From contig CBDBGH010000003.1 of NCBI GenBank assembly GCA_965205265.1, positions 2,848,001-2,912,000 on the forward strand: 64,000 nucleotides of DNA, given 5' to 3'. The notes below the pieces were generated by a model. That model was given only the letters and a program-made list of their open reading frames with translations. It had not been told where the DNA came from and did not search any database. Made by a program: the position numbers and the translations under genes. Below, piece after piece: positions 1-10,310 of the stretch; within the stretch, counting starts at the first letter, position 1; the number at the start of each line of letters is the position of its first letter. Source of the DNA: Alphaproteobacteria bacterium. GTDB taxonomy: Bacteria; Pseudomonadota; Alphaproteobacteria; Bin95.

Positions 1-75
1 GCGCTCCGGGGCGTCATAGACCCCGCCAATGCGCGGCCGACGCTCACGCAGCAGGACGCGGCCAGAGCGGAATAG
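1..75 (+). CDS. 3' end of an upstream gene, probably the TRAP small permease (DctQ), partial
   Basis: Frame 1 is open from the window edge (ALRGVIDPANARPTLTQQDAARAE) to TAG at 73-75, 21 nt before dctM. Identity inferred from context only. Confidence 0.4.
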   Translation, partial: ALRGVIDPANARPTLTQQDAARAE

Positions 76-96
76 CGGGGGCAGCAAGCGGAACCC

Positions 97-1407
97 ATGG
101 GCGTCACCTTCTTCTGGATATTCCTCGCTGCGATGTTCATCGGCATGCCGATCGTCTTCGCGCTCGGCTTCGCGCCGATGGTCGGCTTCCTGCTGGCGGA
201 GAAGCCGATCTTCCTGAAGATGCTCTTCCAGCGCACCTTCGCGGGCATCCACCAGTTCCCGCTCTTGGCGATCCCGTTCTTCATCCTGACGGGCGAGGTG
301 ATGAACCGGGCCGGCATCACGATGAGCCTGGTCAATTTCGCCAACACGCTGGTCGGCCATCTGCGCGGCGGCCTCGCGCATGTGAACATCGTCACCAGCA
401 TGCTGTTCGCCGGCATCAGCGGCTCCGCCGTCGCCGACACCTCGGCGGTCGGCTCGATCCTGATCCCGGCGATGGAGAAGGACGGCTACAGCCGCAAATT
501 CGCCGCCGCGATCACGGCCGCCTCCTCGGTGATCGGCCCGATCATCCCGCCGAGCCTCATCATGGTGGTCTATGCCTTCATCATGAATGTCTCGGTCGCC
601 GGGCTGTTCGCCGCCGGGCTCATTCCGGGGTTGATGGTTGGCTTCATGCTGATGACGGTGACGGGCATCATCTCCAAGCGGCGCAACTACCCGAAGGCGC
701 ACAGCCGCGCGACCGTCAGGGAAGTCGGCTCCGCGGCCTGGGGCGCGGTGCTGCCGCTGATGACGCCGGTCATCATCCTGGGCGGCATCCTCGGCGGCAT
801 CTTCACGCCCACCGAATCGGCGGCGGCGGCGGCCTTCTACGCGCTGTTCATCAGCCTGATCGTGCTGCGCACCCTGAAGTTCCGCGACCTGCCGGACCTG
901 TTCCTCCACGCGGCCGTCACTTCGGGGGCGATCCTGCTGATCATCGGCACGGCGACGGCCTTCGCCGCCATCGCCAGCCTCTCGCAGGTGCCGGTCCACC
1001 TCTCCAACTTCTTCTTCAGCATTACCAGCGACCCGCTGTTGCTGCTGTTCTTCATCAATGTGCTGCTGCTCATCGTCGGCATGTTCCTGGACGCCGGCCC
1101 GGCGATTCTGATCCTCGGCCCGATCCTGGCGCCGACCATGACGGGCCTCGGCGTCGATCCGCTCCATTTCGCCGTCATCATGTGCATCAACCTCACCATC
1201 GGCCTCGCGACGCCGCCCATGGGGCTCATCCTGTTCGTCGCCTCGGGGATATCGCGATTGCGCGTCGAGGTGATCGCGCTCGAAATGCTGCCGCTCCTGG
1301 CCGTGGAAATCCTGGCGATCTTCGTCGTCACCTATTTCCCGGTCATCTCCATGTCGCTGCCCTACTGGCTCGGCTTCACCAGAAACGCGCCGGGCTTCTT
1401 CGTGTGA
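97..1407 (+). CDS. dctM: TRAP transporter large permease (DctM)
   Basis: 436 aa, very hydrophobic; FPLLAIPFFILTGEVM, GISGSAVADTSA, GPIIPPS, TPTES and GLATPPMG are typical DctM motifs. Confidence 0.95.
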   Translation: MGVTFFWIFLAAMFIGMPIVFALGFAPMVGFLLAEKPIFLKMLFQRTFAGIHQFPLLAIPFFILTGEVMNRAGITMSLVNFANTLVGHLRGGLAHVNIVTSMLFAGISGSAVADTSAVGSILIPAMEKDGYSRKFAAAITAASSVIGPIIPPSLIMVVYAFIMNVSVAGLFAAGLIPGLMVGFMLMTVTGIISKRRNYPKAHSRATVREVGSAAWGAVLPLMTPVIILGGILGGIFTPTESAAAAAFYALFISLIVLRTLKFRDLPDLFLHAAVTSGAILLIIGTATAFAAIASLSQVPVHLSNFFFSITSDPLLLLFFINVLLLIVGMFLDAGPAILILGPILAPTMTGLGVDPLHFAVIMCINLTIGLATPPMGLILFVASGISRLRVEVIALEMLPLLAVEILAIFVVTYFPVISMSLPYWLGFTRNAPGFFV

Positions 1408-1499
1408 CGCGGCAAATGGAGGACATCCGGCCCGAAGGCATTCGGCCGGAACACCGCCGCAATCCCGCGGCCGTTACTGCTTCCGAAGGGAGGAGGAAG

Positions 1500-2555
1500 A
1501 TGAAGAAACATCTGGAACTGTTAGGCTCGGTCGGCGTCGGCCTCGCCGTCGCGCTCGGCGGCGCCGGCGCGGCGGGCGCGGCGGACACGACCATCAAGAT
1601 CTGCCATATCGGCTCGACCGACGACGAGGACCACAAGGGCTCGCTCGTCTTCGAGAATTTCGTCGAGTCCCAGACCAACGGCGCGGTCGAGGTCGAGATC
1701 TATCCCGCCGGCCAGCTCTGCGGCAATTTCCGCCAGTGTCTGGAATCGGTCCAGCTCGGCACCTGCGAGATCACGGGAACGACCGTCGGCGGCATCGCCA
1801 ACATCTTCCCGGAAATCCAGGTCACCGACCTGCCCTACATCTTCCCGAACGACCGCGTCGCCGAGAAGGTGATGAAGAGCCCGTTCATGGACGAGGTTCG
1901 CAAGGCTGTGCTGGAGAAGACCGGCACGCTGCGCCTCATGGGCCTCAACAATACGGGCGGCTGGCGCGACTTCTTCACCATCGACGTCACCATCAGGACG
2001 CCGGCCGACCTCGCGGGCGTGAAGATGCGCACCATCGAGTCGCCGCTGCAGGTCGAGATGGTCAATCTGATGGGCGGCAATCCGACGCCGATTCCGTGGC
2101 AGGAGCTCTACACCTCGCTCGCCACCGGCGTCGTGATCGGCACCAAGAACGGCATCACCGACATCGTGAACATGAAGTTCCACGAGTTCCTGAACCGTGT
2201 GACGCTCGACCACCACGCCTACATGTTCCTGTTCTGGTGGATGAACGACGACTTCCTGCAGGGCCTCTCGCCCGAGCTGAAGCGGATCGTCGCCGCCGGC
2301 TTTCACCACATGACCTCGATGGCCTCGGACGACCCGAAGTTCACGGCGCTCGCCGGCTATGCGGCCTTCAAGGAGCGCGGCGGCCAGGTCTATGTGCCGA
2401 CGCCGGAGGAGAAGGCGCAGTTCGTCGAGTCGGTCCAGCCGCTGAAGCAATGGTATGTGGAGCGCTTCGGCGACAAGTGGCTGAAGCTGCTTGAGGAATC
2501 CATCGCCCAGGCGGAGAAGGAAATCGAGGAAGAGGACGCAAGGCTGCTCAACTAG
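1500..2555 (+). CDS. dctP: TRAP transporter periplasmic substrate-binding protein (DctP)
   Basis: GGAGGAGG SD before ATG 1500; signal peptide; VEIYPAGQL, DLPYIF, DLAGVKMRT and PIPWQELYTSLATGV motifs. Confidence 0.93.
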   Translation: MKKHLELLGSVGVGLAVALGGAGAAGAADTTIKICHIGSTDDEDHKGSLVFENFVESQTNGAVEVEIYPAGQLCGNFRQCLESVQLGTCEITGTTVGGIANIFPEIQVTDLPYIFPNDRVAEKVMKSPFMDEVRKAVLEKTGTLRLMGLNNTGGWRDFFTIDVTIRTPADLAGVKMRTIESPLQVEMVNLMGGNPTPIPWQELYTSLATGVVIGTKNGITDIVNMKFHEFLNRVTLDHHAYMFLFWWMNDDFLQGLSPELKRIVAAGFHHMTSMASDDPKFTALAGYAAFKERGGQVYVPTPEEKAQFVESVQPLKQWYVERFGDKWLKLLEESIAQAEKEIEEEDARLLN

Positions 2556-2577
2556 ACAGCCCCTCTTCCGCCGACCT

Positions 2578-2614
2578 GCCCGCGGCCGGCCCCGCCCGGC
2601 CGCGGGCTTCCTTT
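2578..2614. terminator. GC-rich hairpin between convergent dctP and rbsK, possible terminator
   Basis: 12-bp stem GCCCGCGGCCGG/CCGGCCGCGGGC with a 6-nt loop, followed by TTCCTTT. Confidence 0.55.
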
Positions 2615-3536
2615 ATGCGCCGGCCAGCAGCGCCTCCACTTCGGCGCGGTCGGGCATGGAACTCGCCGTGCCTGCGCGCGTGACGGAGATGCCGGCGGCG
2701 GCGCAGCCGAAGTGGACGGCCGCGACCGGGTCCCGGCCCTCCGCCAGCGCGGTGGCGAAGGCGCCGTTGAAGGCGTCGCCCGCGCCGGTCGTCTCCACCA
2801 CCGGCCCGGCATCGAAGGCGGGCACAAGCATCGCGCCCTCCGGGCCGTCGTAAAGCGCGCCGCGCGGGCCGAGCGTGATGACGGCCGCGCCGGCGCCGCG
2901 CTCCCGCAGCGCGGCCGCCGCCCGGCGCGCGCCCGCCTCGTCCTCTACGCACACGCCGGTGAGCGCCTCGGCTTCGGCCTCGTTCGGCGTCACATAGTCC
3001 GAGAGCCGGAGCATGTCGCCGGGCGCATCCGCCGCCGGCGCGGGATTGAGCACCGTCACCACGCCCGCCTCCCGCGCGATGGCGAGCGCGCGGGCCGCCG
3101 CCGGCAGGGGCTGCTCGAATTGCGTCACGAACACCGACGCGGAACGGATGGCGTCGGCCGCCGCATCGACATCCGCCTCGGAAATCTCGTTCGCAGCGCC
3201 CGTGCAGACGACGATGGCGTTCTCGCCCCAGGCTGCTTCCACCAGCACCGCCGCCGCGCCCGTCGCCGCCGTGTCGGAGCGCGCGACAAGCGGCTCGACG
3301 CCCGCCTCGGCCCAGGCCGCGAGCCCCATATCGGCGAAGGAATCGCGGCCGATCCGGGAAATGAACTGCACTTCCGCGCCGAGCCGGGCGGCCGCCACCG
3401 CCTGGTTCGAGCCCTTGCCGCCGGGGCTGAGCGCCACGCTCTCGCCGATGACGGTCTCGCCCATCCGGGGCAGGCGCGGTGTCCGGAAGGTCGCATCGAC
3501 GACGAAGATGCCGAGAATTGCGATACGCGCGGTCAT
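2613..3536 (-). CDS. rbsK: Ribokinase (PfkB family)
   Basis: PGGKGSNQAVAAARLG, LNPAPA, TPNEAEA and TTGAGDAFNG PfkB signatures. Confidence 0.9.
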   Translation of the reverse strand: MTARIAILGIFVVDATFRTPRLPRMGETVIGESVALSPGGKGSNQAVAAARLGAEVQFISRIGRDSFADMGLAAWAEAGVEPLVARSDTAATGAAAVLVEAAWGENAIVVCTGAANEISEADVDAAADAIRSASVFVTQFEQPLPAAARALAIAREAGVVTVLNPAPAADAPGDMLRLSDYVTPNEAEAEALTGVCVEDEAGARRAAAALRERGAGAAVITLGPRGALYDGPEGAMLVPAFDAGPVVETTGAGDAFNGAFATALAEGRDPVAAVHFGCAAAGISVTRAGTASSMPDRAEVEALLAGA

Positions 3537-3720
3537 GGAAACGCGCTCAGGCCCCGGTCGGCAGCGAAAGCGGCGCGGCAGCCGCCGGCGGTTTTGCGCT
3601 CATTGACATGGACCGGGCCTCCGGGCTGTATTCGCCGCCAACCTAGCGGCTCGGGACGTCGGCGAGAACCGCCCCGGCCCTTCGCATACCGAAATGACGG
3701 AAACACGGGAGAGACGAGGC

Positions 3721-4689
3721 ATGGCCTATCGCGTAATGCTGCAAATGCCCTACACGGCGGGGCTCAAATCGGTGCTCGAGGGGCGCGACGATATCGCGGT
3801 CGAGCGCTTCACCGAGCTCTCCGAGGACAACATCCTGCAGCATATCGCCAATTACGACGCGGCGATCCTGGGCGTGGCGCCCTTCACCCGCCGGATCGTC
3901 GGCAATGCCGAACGGCTGAAGATCGTCGCCCGCCACGGCGTCGGCTACGACGCGGTGGATGTGCCGGCGCTGACCGAGGCGGGTGTGCCGCTCGCCGTCG
4001 TCGGCACGGCCAACTCGATCACCGTCGCCGAGCACTCCCTGTTCTTCATGCTGGCGCTCGCCAAGCGCGCCCTCCTCTACGACCGCGAGCTGCGCAAGGG
4101 CAATTGGGACATCCGCTTCGAGACGCCGGCCTACGACATTGCCGGGCGCACGGTGCTGATCCTGGGCTTCGGGCGCATCGGCCGCCGGCTGGTGCCGCGC
4201 TGCGCCGCCATGGGCATGAATGTGCTGGTCCACGACCCCTATGTGATCCAGGACGCGATTACGACCGCAGGCGCGACGCCGGTGGAGGACTGGCGGGCCA
4301 TGCTGCCGGAGATTGACTTCCTGTCCGTCAACTGCCCGAAGAACGAGGAAACGGACGGCATGGTGGGCGCGGCCGAACTCGCCGCCATGAAACCGACCGC
4401 CTTCGTCGTGAACACGGCGCGCGGCAATATCGTCGAGGAGAAGGCGCTTTACGACGCGCTCAAGAACCGGGCGATCGCGGGCGCCGGCATCGACCCGTTC
4501 GTCGTCGAACCGGCGACGGCGGACGAGCCGCTGTTCGAGCTCGACAACATCATCGTCTCGCCCCATTCGGCGGGCGTGAGCGAGGAGTCCATGTTCCGCA
4601 TGGGCGCGGCCGCCGCGCAGAATGTCGTCGATTGCTTCGAAGGCAGGCTCGACCCGGACAACGTCATCAACCGGGAAGTCCTGGGCTAA
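3721..4689 (+). CDS. D-isomer-specific 2-hydroxyacid dehydrogenase (SerA-like)
   Basis: RHGVGYD, GFGRIG, VNTARG and SPHSAG motifs; GAGG SD before ATG 3721. Confidence 0.9.
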   Translation: MAYRVMLQMPYTAGLKSVLEGRDDIAVERFTELSEDNILQHIANYDAAILGVAPFTRRIVGNAERLKIVARHGVGYDAVDVPALTEAGVPLAVVGTANSITVAEHSLFFMLALAKRALLYDRELRKGNWDIRFETPAYDIAGRTVLILGFGRIGRRLVPRCAAMGMNVLVHDPYVIQDAITTAGATPVEDWRAMLPEIDFLSVNCPKNEETDGMVGAAELAAMKPTAFVVNTARGNIVEEKALYDALKNRAIAGAGIDPFVVEPATADEPLFELDNIIVSPHSAGVSEESMFRMGAAAAQNVVDCFEGRLDPDNVINREVLG

Positions 4690-4695
4690 CCGGCT

Positions 4696-5688
4696 TCACT
4701 GCATCCGCTCTTCCGGCTGGATGAGGTAGAGGGGCGTCTCGCCGCGAACCGCGCGCAGGCAATTGGCGACGGCGCGTCCGAGGACGACCGGGCGCCGGCT
4801 GCCGCCGACCGAGGCCGAGTTGTGCGGCGAGCCGATGACATTCGGCAGGTCGAGCAGGGCTGTATCGACCCGGAAGCTGCCGTGGCGGACCGGCTCCACC
4901 CACCAGGCATCGAGGCATGCGGTGAAGGACGGCCGGGCGACAAGGTGGTCGTAGAGCGCGCGTTCGTCGATGATCTCGCCGCGCGCGAGGTTCACGAGGA
5001 TGGCGTTGTCCTTCATGCGCCGGAGCGCGTCCGCATCGATAACCCCCTCGGTCGCGGTGCTGAGCGGCGCGGTGATGAACAGGATGTCGGCGGCCTCCAG
5101 CAGCTCGTCCAGCCTGTCCGGGGTGCCGATCCAGTCAGCCGGCTCTTCGCTGGCGCCGCGCCGGTTGACGGCGTGGATCCTCATGCCGAAGGCGCGCATC
5201 AGCCGGGCGACCGCCGCCCCGATGCCGCCGAAGCCCAATATGCCGCAGACGCCGCCCGCCAGCCGGATATTGGGCTGGAACTGGTTGAAGCGCCCGGCGC
5301 GGAGCTCCGCATGCTCGGCGAACAGCCGCTTGGCGGCGGCCAGCGCCAGGGCGGCGCCGTGCTCGGCCATCGGCTCCGCGGAGGCGCCGCCATTGCCGGC
5401 GACCGGAAGCTCCGGCGGCAGGTCCTTCAGCGGCATGAAGTCCACGCCGGCAGGCAGCATCTGCAGCAGCCCGGCTCCGGCCAGGAGCGGCCATTCCTCC
5501 CGCCGGAAGTCGTTGCCCGTATGCCGGGCGAGCAGGGCTGCCGCGCGTTGCAGCATGCGCGCGCGGGCTTGGGGCGACGCGGCGTCGGCGAGGTAAAGGA
5601 GGGGGCCCGCGCCGCCCCAGGCTTCGGCGATGAAGCCGCGGTCCCGCTCGTTGGCGTCGAAGGCGACGACAAGGGCGTCTCTGGTCAA
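4696..5688 (-). CDS. D-isomer-specific 2-hydroxyacid dehydrogenase
   Basis: C-terminal 330 aa of the listed 1200-aa ORF; GFGGIG, LVNLARG, LDAWW and SPHNS motifs; TTG start at 5688 overlaps the stop of the upstream DMT gene, with a GGAG SD. Confidence 0.85.
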   Translation of the reverse strand: MTRDALVVAFDANERDRGFIAEAWGGAGPLLYLADAASPQARARMLQRAAALLARHTGNDFRREEWPLLAGAGLLQMLPAGVDFMPLKDLPPELPVAGNGGASAEPMAEHGAALALAAAKRLFAEHAELRAGRFNQFQPNIRLAGGVCGILGFGGIGAAVARLMRAFGMRIHAVNRRGASEEPADWIGTPDRLDELLEAADILFITAPLSTATEGVIDADALRRMKDNAILVNLARGEIIDERALYDHLVARPSFTACLDAWWVEPVRHGSFRVDTALLDLPNVIGSPHNSASVGGSRRPVVLGRAVANCLRAVRGETPLYLIQPEERMQ

Positions 5689-6584
5689 GGTCTCCGTTCT
5701 CCCGCGCGTCTGGCCAGCACCGTCTCGCGATAGCCGATATAGAGGCCCGACGCCACAATCAGGCCGGCCCCGACCCAGGTCCAGAGGTCCGGGAAGTAGC
5801 CGAAGACGACGAAGCCGAGCAGCGCCGCGAAGATCAGGTGGCTGTAGTTGAAAGGCGCGATGACCGAGGCCGGGCCGCAGCCGAGCGCCACGGTGTAGAG
5901 ATAGTGGCCGAGGCCGGAGAGCAGGCCGAGCGAGGCGATCATGGCGATCTCGACCGGGCTTGTCGGCACACGCCAGTCGCTCCAGACGACAAGGCTGAGT
6001 GCGACCGTTCCGACCACGGTGGCGATGGTCGCCGACGTCGCCGCGTCCTCGCCCGCGGAGAGCTTGCGCGTCAGCAAGGCGTAGAAGGCGCTGGAGACGG
6101 CGGAGCCGAGCGTGAAGACGATCTGCCAGGGCGTATCGCCGAAACCCGGCCTGATGATGACGAGCGCGCCGACGAAGCCGATTGCGACGGCCGACCAGCG
6201 CCTCGGCCCGACCCGCTCGCCGAGCACCGGGCCCGACAAAGCGGTGATGAACACGGGGCCGAGCATGGTGATGGCGGCGGCCGTGGCGAGCGGCACCCAC
6301 TTGATCGCGAGGAAGAAGCAGAGCGAGGCCGCGAGCAGGCAGGCGCCGCGCAGGACCTGCGCCGCCGGGCGCGCCGTCCGCAACAGCAGGAAGCGCGGGC
6401 CGCGCATGGGCGTGAACACCGCGACCATGAACAGCAGCGCGCCGACATAGCGGGCCCAGACAAGCTGCACGGACCCGTAGTCGGCGCGCAGGATCTTCAC
6501 CTCCGCATTGAGGATGGAGAAAAGCGCGACGGCGGACACCACGAGCAGGATCGCCAGTCCGATGCGGTCGCGGGGCCGGTTCAT
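5685..6584 (-). CDS. DMT/EamA family transporter
   Basis: About 10 TM segments; LGERVGPRRW, GFVGALVIIRPG and ASVIAPFNY motifs. Confidence 0.9.
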   Translation of the reverse strand: MNRPRDRIGLAILLVVSAVALFSILNAEVKILRADYGSVQLVWARYVGALLFMVAVFTPMRGPRFLLLRTARPAAQVLRGACLLAASLCFFLAIKWVPLATAAAITMLGPVFITALSGPVLGERVGPRRWSAVAIGFVGALVIIRPGFGDTPWQIVFTLGSAVSSAFYALLTRKLSAGEDAATSATIATVVGTVALSLVVWSDWRVPTSPVEIAMIASLGLLSGLGHYLYTVALGCGPASVIAPFNYSHLIFAALLGFVVFGYFPDLWTWVGAGLIVASGLYIGYRETVLARRAGERRP

Positions 6585-6605
6585 AGGGGGACGGCTGAGG
6601 CCAGG

Positions 6606-9600
6606 CTACTGGGCGGCGGCCGCGCTTGCGAGCTGGCGGTGGACGAGCGCGGCGTAGAGGCCCCGCCGCGCCAGCAATTCGCCATGCGTGCCGGTTTCGA
6701 CCAGCCTGCCGCCGTCGAGCACCACGATCTTGTCCGCATCGCGCACGGTGGAGAGGCGGTGCGCGATCACCACGGTCGTCCTGTCGGCCTTCAGCACGTC
6801 GAGCGCGCGGCGCACGGCGAGTTCGTTGAGCGCGTCCAGATGGCTGGTGGCCTCGTCCAGGATCAGGATCGGCGCGTCCTTGAGGAAGGCACGAGCGATG
6901 GCGACCCGCTGGCGCTGGCCGCCGGAGAGGCTGGCGCCGCGCTCGCCGACCACGGTTTCGAGCCCTTCGGGGAGCGTGCGGATAAGCGGTCCGAGCGCGG
7001 CATGGTCCAGCGCTGCGGTCAGCTCCGCCTCGCTCGCGCCGGGCCGGGCGATGGTCACATTCGCGCGCAGCGTGTCGTTGAAAAGATATGTGTCCTGCGA
7101 GACCAGCGCGATGCGGCTGCGCAGCTCGTCCAGCCTGTAGTCGCGCAGGTCCACGCCATTGAGCGCGATACGGCCGGCATCCGGGTCCCAGAAGCGCATC
7201 AGCAATTGCGCCGTCGTGGTCTTGCCCGCCCCGGAGGCGCCGACCAGCGCCACCGTCTTCCCGGCCGGGATGGTCACCGTGACGTCGCCGAGCGCCCGCC
7301 GGGACTGGCCGGGATAGGCGAAGCTCACACCCTCCAGCGAGAGGCCCGCCTGCATGTCGCCGCCCTCTTCCGCGCCTGGCCCGTCCGCCACCGGCACCGG
7401 CTCGTTCTCCAGCGCGTAATAGCGCCGGGTCGCGCCCAGCGTGTCCGCCAGCCGCCGCCCGATCTGGGCGATCTCCGAGACCGGCAGGAAGGCCGACATG
7501 GCGAGCAGCGCCAGCAGCGGCAGGAGCCCGGCATCGACCGCGCCCGCCTGGACCAGCAGCGCGCCGCTCACCACCACCGCAAGGCCGCCGAGGCCGGTCA
7601 GCACTTCCAGCAGGCTTTCCTGCAGGGTCACCTCGCCGAAGAAGGGCAGGCGGAGCGCGATATGCCGGTCGGCCAGCCGGTCGAAGCCGTCCGCGCGGCG
7701 GCGTTCGTCCTGGAAGGAGACGATTTCGCCGAGCCCCTGGACGGAGTCGATGGCATAGGCGCCGAGCTCGCCCGCCGCCTCGCGCGCCCGGGAGCCGAGC
7801 CGGTCCACCCGGCCGCGCATCAGGAAGGGGCTGAGCCCGACGGCCGCCAGGAACGGAACCAGCGCGAGCGCAATCCACGGACTCGCCGAGCCCAGCACGA
7901 CGATGACGAGGGCCGGCACCAGCACCGCAACGAAGGCGGGCGCGACGGTGTGGGCGAAAAAATACTCGATGAGCTCGATGTCGTGCGTGGCGAGGTTCAT
8001 CAGGTCGCCTGTGCGCCGCCGCACCAGATAGGCGGGCGCCAGCTTGTCCAGCTTGCGGAAGGCATCGACGCGCATCTCCGCCAGCAGGCGGAACGCCATG
8101 TCGTGCGCCACCCAGGATTCGAGCCAGTGGACGATGCCGGCCAGGGGCGCCAGCACCCAGAGCCAGACGAGAAGATGATCGTAGGGCGCGCCGTTCTTCA
8201 GGCTGAAGACGATGAGCGCGCTCACCGCGCCGACGCCGATAAAGGCGAGCACGCGCACGACGCCGAACAGGAAGGTCAGCCCGAGGCGGCCCTTCCACGG
8301 CAGGATCACGCGCATCAGTGCGGCGACGACCTGGAACCAGGCGAGCCCTTCCGCCTTGATGACGCCTTCCGTCGGCGCCTGCTTCGCCCCGCCGGGCGTT
8401 GCGTCCAGGGTTTCCGTCGTCGGGCGTTCGGCGGCGTCGATGAGGAGGTCGTCTTCCCTTTCCTCGGACTCGCGCGCCTGCTCGCGCATGAGCGAGGCAT
8501 AGACGCCGTCAGGCATCGTCATCAGCTCGCCATGCGGCCCGCTTTCCACGACCCGCCCCTCCTCCATCGCGAGGATGCGGTCGCAGTCGATCACACTGGA
8601 GAGCCGGTGGGCGAGGATCAGCGTGGTGCGGCCCTGCATCAGCCGGTCGAGCGCTTCCTGGATGACGGCCTCATTGTCGGCATCGACGGCCGAGAGCGCC
8701 TCGTCCAGCACCAGAATCGGCGTGTCGCGGAGCACCGCGCGGGCAATCGCAACGCGCTGGCGCTGCCCGCCGGACAGCTTGATCCCCTTCTCGCCGATGA
8801 TCGTCTCGTAGCCGTCCGGCAGCGTGTCGATGAAGCCCTTGATGTTGGCGACCCGCGCCGCCTCCTCGACTTCCTGCACGCTCGCATCCGGGCGGCCCAT
8901 GCGGATGTTCTCGCCGATGGTGCCGTGGAAGAGGAAGGTGTCCTGGTTGACAACCGAAATGTTGCGCCGGATCTGCGCGAAGCTCATCTGCCGGAGATCG
9001 ATGCCGCCCAGGGTTACGCGCCCGGCGTCCGGGTCGAAGAAGCGCAGCAGCAGGCGCACGATGGATGTCTTGCCGCAGCCGCTCTGCCCGACCACGCCGA
9101 TCCGCTCTCCCGGCGCGACCGAGAAGGAAAGGCCCCTGTGCGCCGGCCCGCGCGCGCCGGGATAGCCGAAGGTCACATTCTCGAACGCGATGGCCGGTGC
9201 CAGACGGTCCGCCTGCTCGTTCTCGGGGCCGTCGGCAACCTCCTGTCCGGCATCGAGGATGGCGTAGATGCCCTGGGCCGCCGACAGCCCGACCATGCCC
9301 TGGTGGAGCACGGCGCGGAGGTCCCGCATCGGGCGGAAGATCTCAACGCCCATCATCAGGATGACGAGCAGGCCCGCGAGCTCCATCTCGCCGGCGGAGA
9401 CCCTGGACGCGCCGAGCGCCAGCGCCGCCGCCGCCCCGATGGCGATCATGCAGTCGGTAATGCCGCGCGAGAGCACATTCGTGCCGAGCACCCACATGGT
9501 GCGCCGGAAGAGTTCGCGCGCCTTGTACGCCAGCAGGTCGGCCCGGGCCGCGCTCTGCCCGAAGGCCTTGAGCGTGCCGAGGCCCTGGATGGAGTCGAGG

Positions 9601-10193
9601 AACTCGGCCGCGAAGTCGGCATAGGCCGTCTGGCGCTTGCGCGAACTCATCACGTCGAGGCTGTGCCAGGCGGCGGGCAGCAGCAGCGCGGCGAGCGCGA
9701 AGGCGCACAGGACCGCCGCAACGGGCAGGTCGATGAATGCAACGAAGGCGAAGATGAGCAGCGGCGTCAGGAACGACACCAGGAGTTGGGGCAGATACTG
9801 GCCGAAATAGGTTTCGAGCTGCTCGACGCCATCGACCAGCGAGAGCGTGAGCGCGCCGGAGCGCTGCCGCCCGGCATAGGAAGGCCCGAGCGCCGCGATG
9901 CGGTCGAACAGCATGCGCCGGAGCCGCTTCTGGACGAGCGCGGCCGTCTTGTGTGCGACGATGGTCCGCCAGTGCTCGCACGCCCCGCGCGCCACCATCA
10001 CAACGGCGATGCCGAGTATGGGCCAGACCAGTTCGGCGGCGGTGGCGCCGGCGAAGACGCGCCCGATCAGCCAGCCGAGCAGCGCCAGCCGCGCGACGCC
10101 CAGCGCCGCCGCCAGCAGCCCGACCGCCATCGAGAAGAAGATGCGCCCGCGAACGCCCTCGGTGAAGCGCCAGAGGCGAAGTTCCAGATGCAT
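6606..10193 (-). CDS. Fused full-length ABC transporter (TMD-NBD-TMD-NBD; CydDC/IrtAB-like type IV fold)
   Basis: Two Walker A motifs (GQSGCGKT, GASGAGKT), two LSGGQRQR, two Walker B (LVLDEA, LILDEA), two AHRLS and two TM domains in one 1195-aa ORF. Confidence 0.9.
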   Translation of the reverse strand: MHLELRLWRFTEGVRGRIFFSMAVGLLAAALGVARLALLGWLIGRVFAGATAAELVWPILGIAVVMVARGACEHWRTIVAHKTAALVQKRLRRMLFDRIAALGPSYAGRQRSGALTLSLVDGVEQLETYFGQYLPQLLVSFLTPLLIFAFVAFIDLPVAAVLCAFALAALLLPAAWHSLDVMSSRKRQTAYADFAAEFLDSIQGLGTLKAFGQSAARADLLAYKARELFRRTMWVLGTNVLSRGITDCMIAIGAAAALALGASRVSAGEMELAGLLVILMMGVEIFRPMRDLRAVLHQGMVGLSAAQGIYAILDAGQEVADGPENEQADRLAPAIAFENVTFGYPGARGPAHRGLSFSVAPGERIGVVGQSGCGKTSIVRLLLRFFDPDAGRVTLGGIDLRQMSFAQIRRNISVVNQDTFLFHGTIGENIRMGRPDASVQEVEEAARVANIKGFIDTLPDGYETIIGEKGIKLSGGQRQRVAIARAVLRDTPILVLDEALSAVDADNEAVIQEALDRLMQGRTTLILAHRLSSVIDCDRILAMEEGRVVESGPHGELMTMPDGVYASLMREQARESEEREDDLLIDAAERPTTETLDATPGGAKQAPTEGVIKAEGLAWFQVVAALMRVILPWKGRLGLTFLFGVVRVLAFIGVGAVSALIVFSLKNGAPYDHLLVWLWVLAPLAGIVHWLESWVAHDMAFRLLAEMRVDAFRKLDKLAPAYLVRRRTGDLMNLATHDIELIEYFFAHTVAPAFVAVLVPALVIVVLGSASPWIALALVPFLAAVGLSPFLMRGRVDRLGSRAREAAGELGAYAIDSVQGLGEIVSFQDERRRADGFDRLADRHIALRLPFFGEVTLQESLLEVLTGLGGLAVVVSGALLVQAGAVDAGLLPLLALLAMSAFLPVSEIAQIGRRLADTLGATRRYYALENEPVPVADGPGAEEGGDMQAGLSLEGVSFAYPGQSRRALGDVTVTIPAGKTVALVGASGAGKTTTAQLLMRFWDPDAGRIALNGVDLRDYRLDELRSRIALVSQDTYLFNDTLRANVTIARPGASEAELTAALDHAALGPLIRTLPEGLETVVGERGASLSGGQRQRVAIARAFLKDAPILILDEATSHLDALNELAVRRALDVLKADRTTVVIAHRLSTVRDADKIVVLDGGRLVETGTHGELLARRGLYAALVHRQLASAAAAQ

Positions 10194-10310
10194 GGGGCCC
10201 TTCCAGACGCGGCCGAAACCGGACCCGCGAAAGCCGGCCGCGGACCCGGCGGCCCGGTTTGGGCGGAAACCCGGCCCATGTCAACGACGCCCCGGAAGCC
10301 GGCTCCGGCT

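Noticed and set aside
4696-8298. Apparent 1200-aa protein ending in a dehydrogenase domain
   Set aside because: Only the last 330 aa are real (TTG start at 5688); the rest is an off-frame overlap with the DMT and ABC genes.
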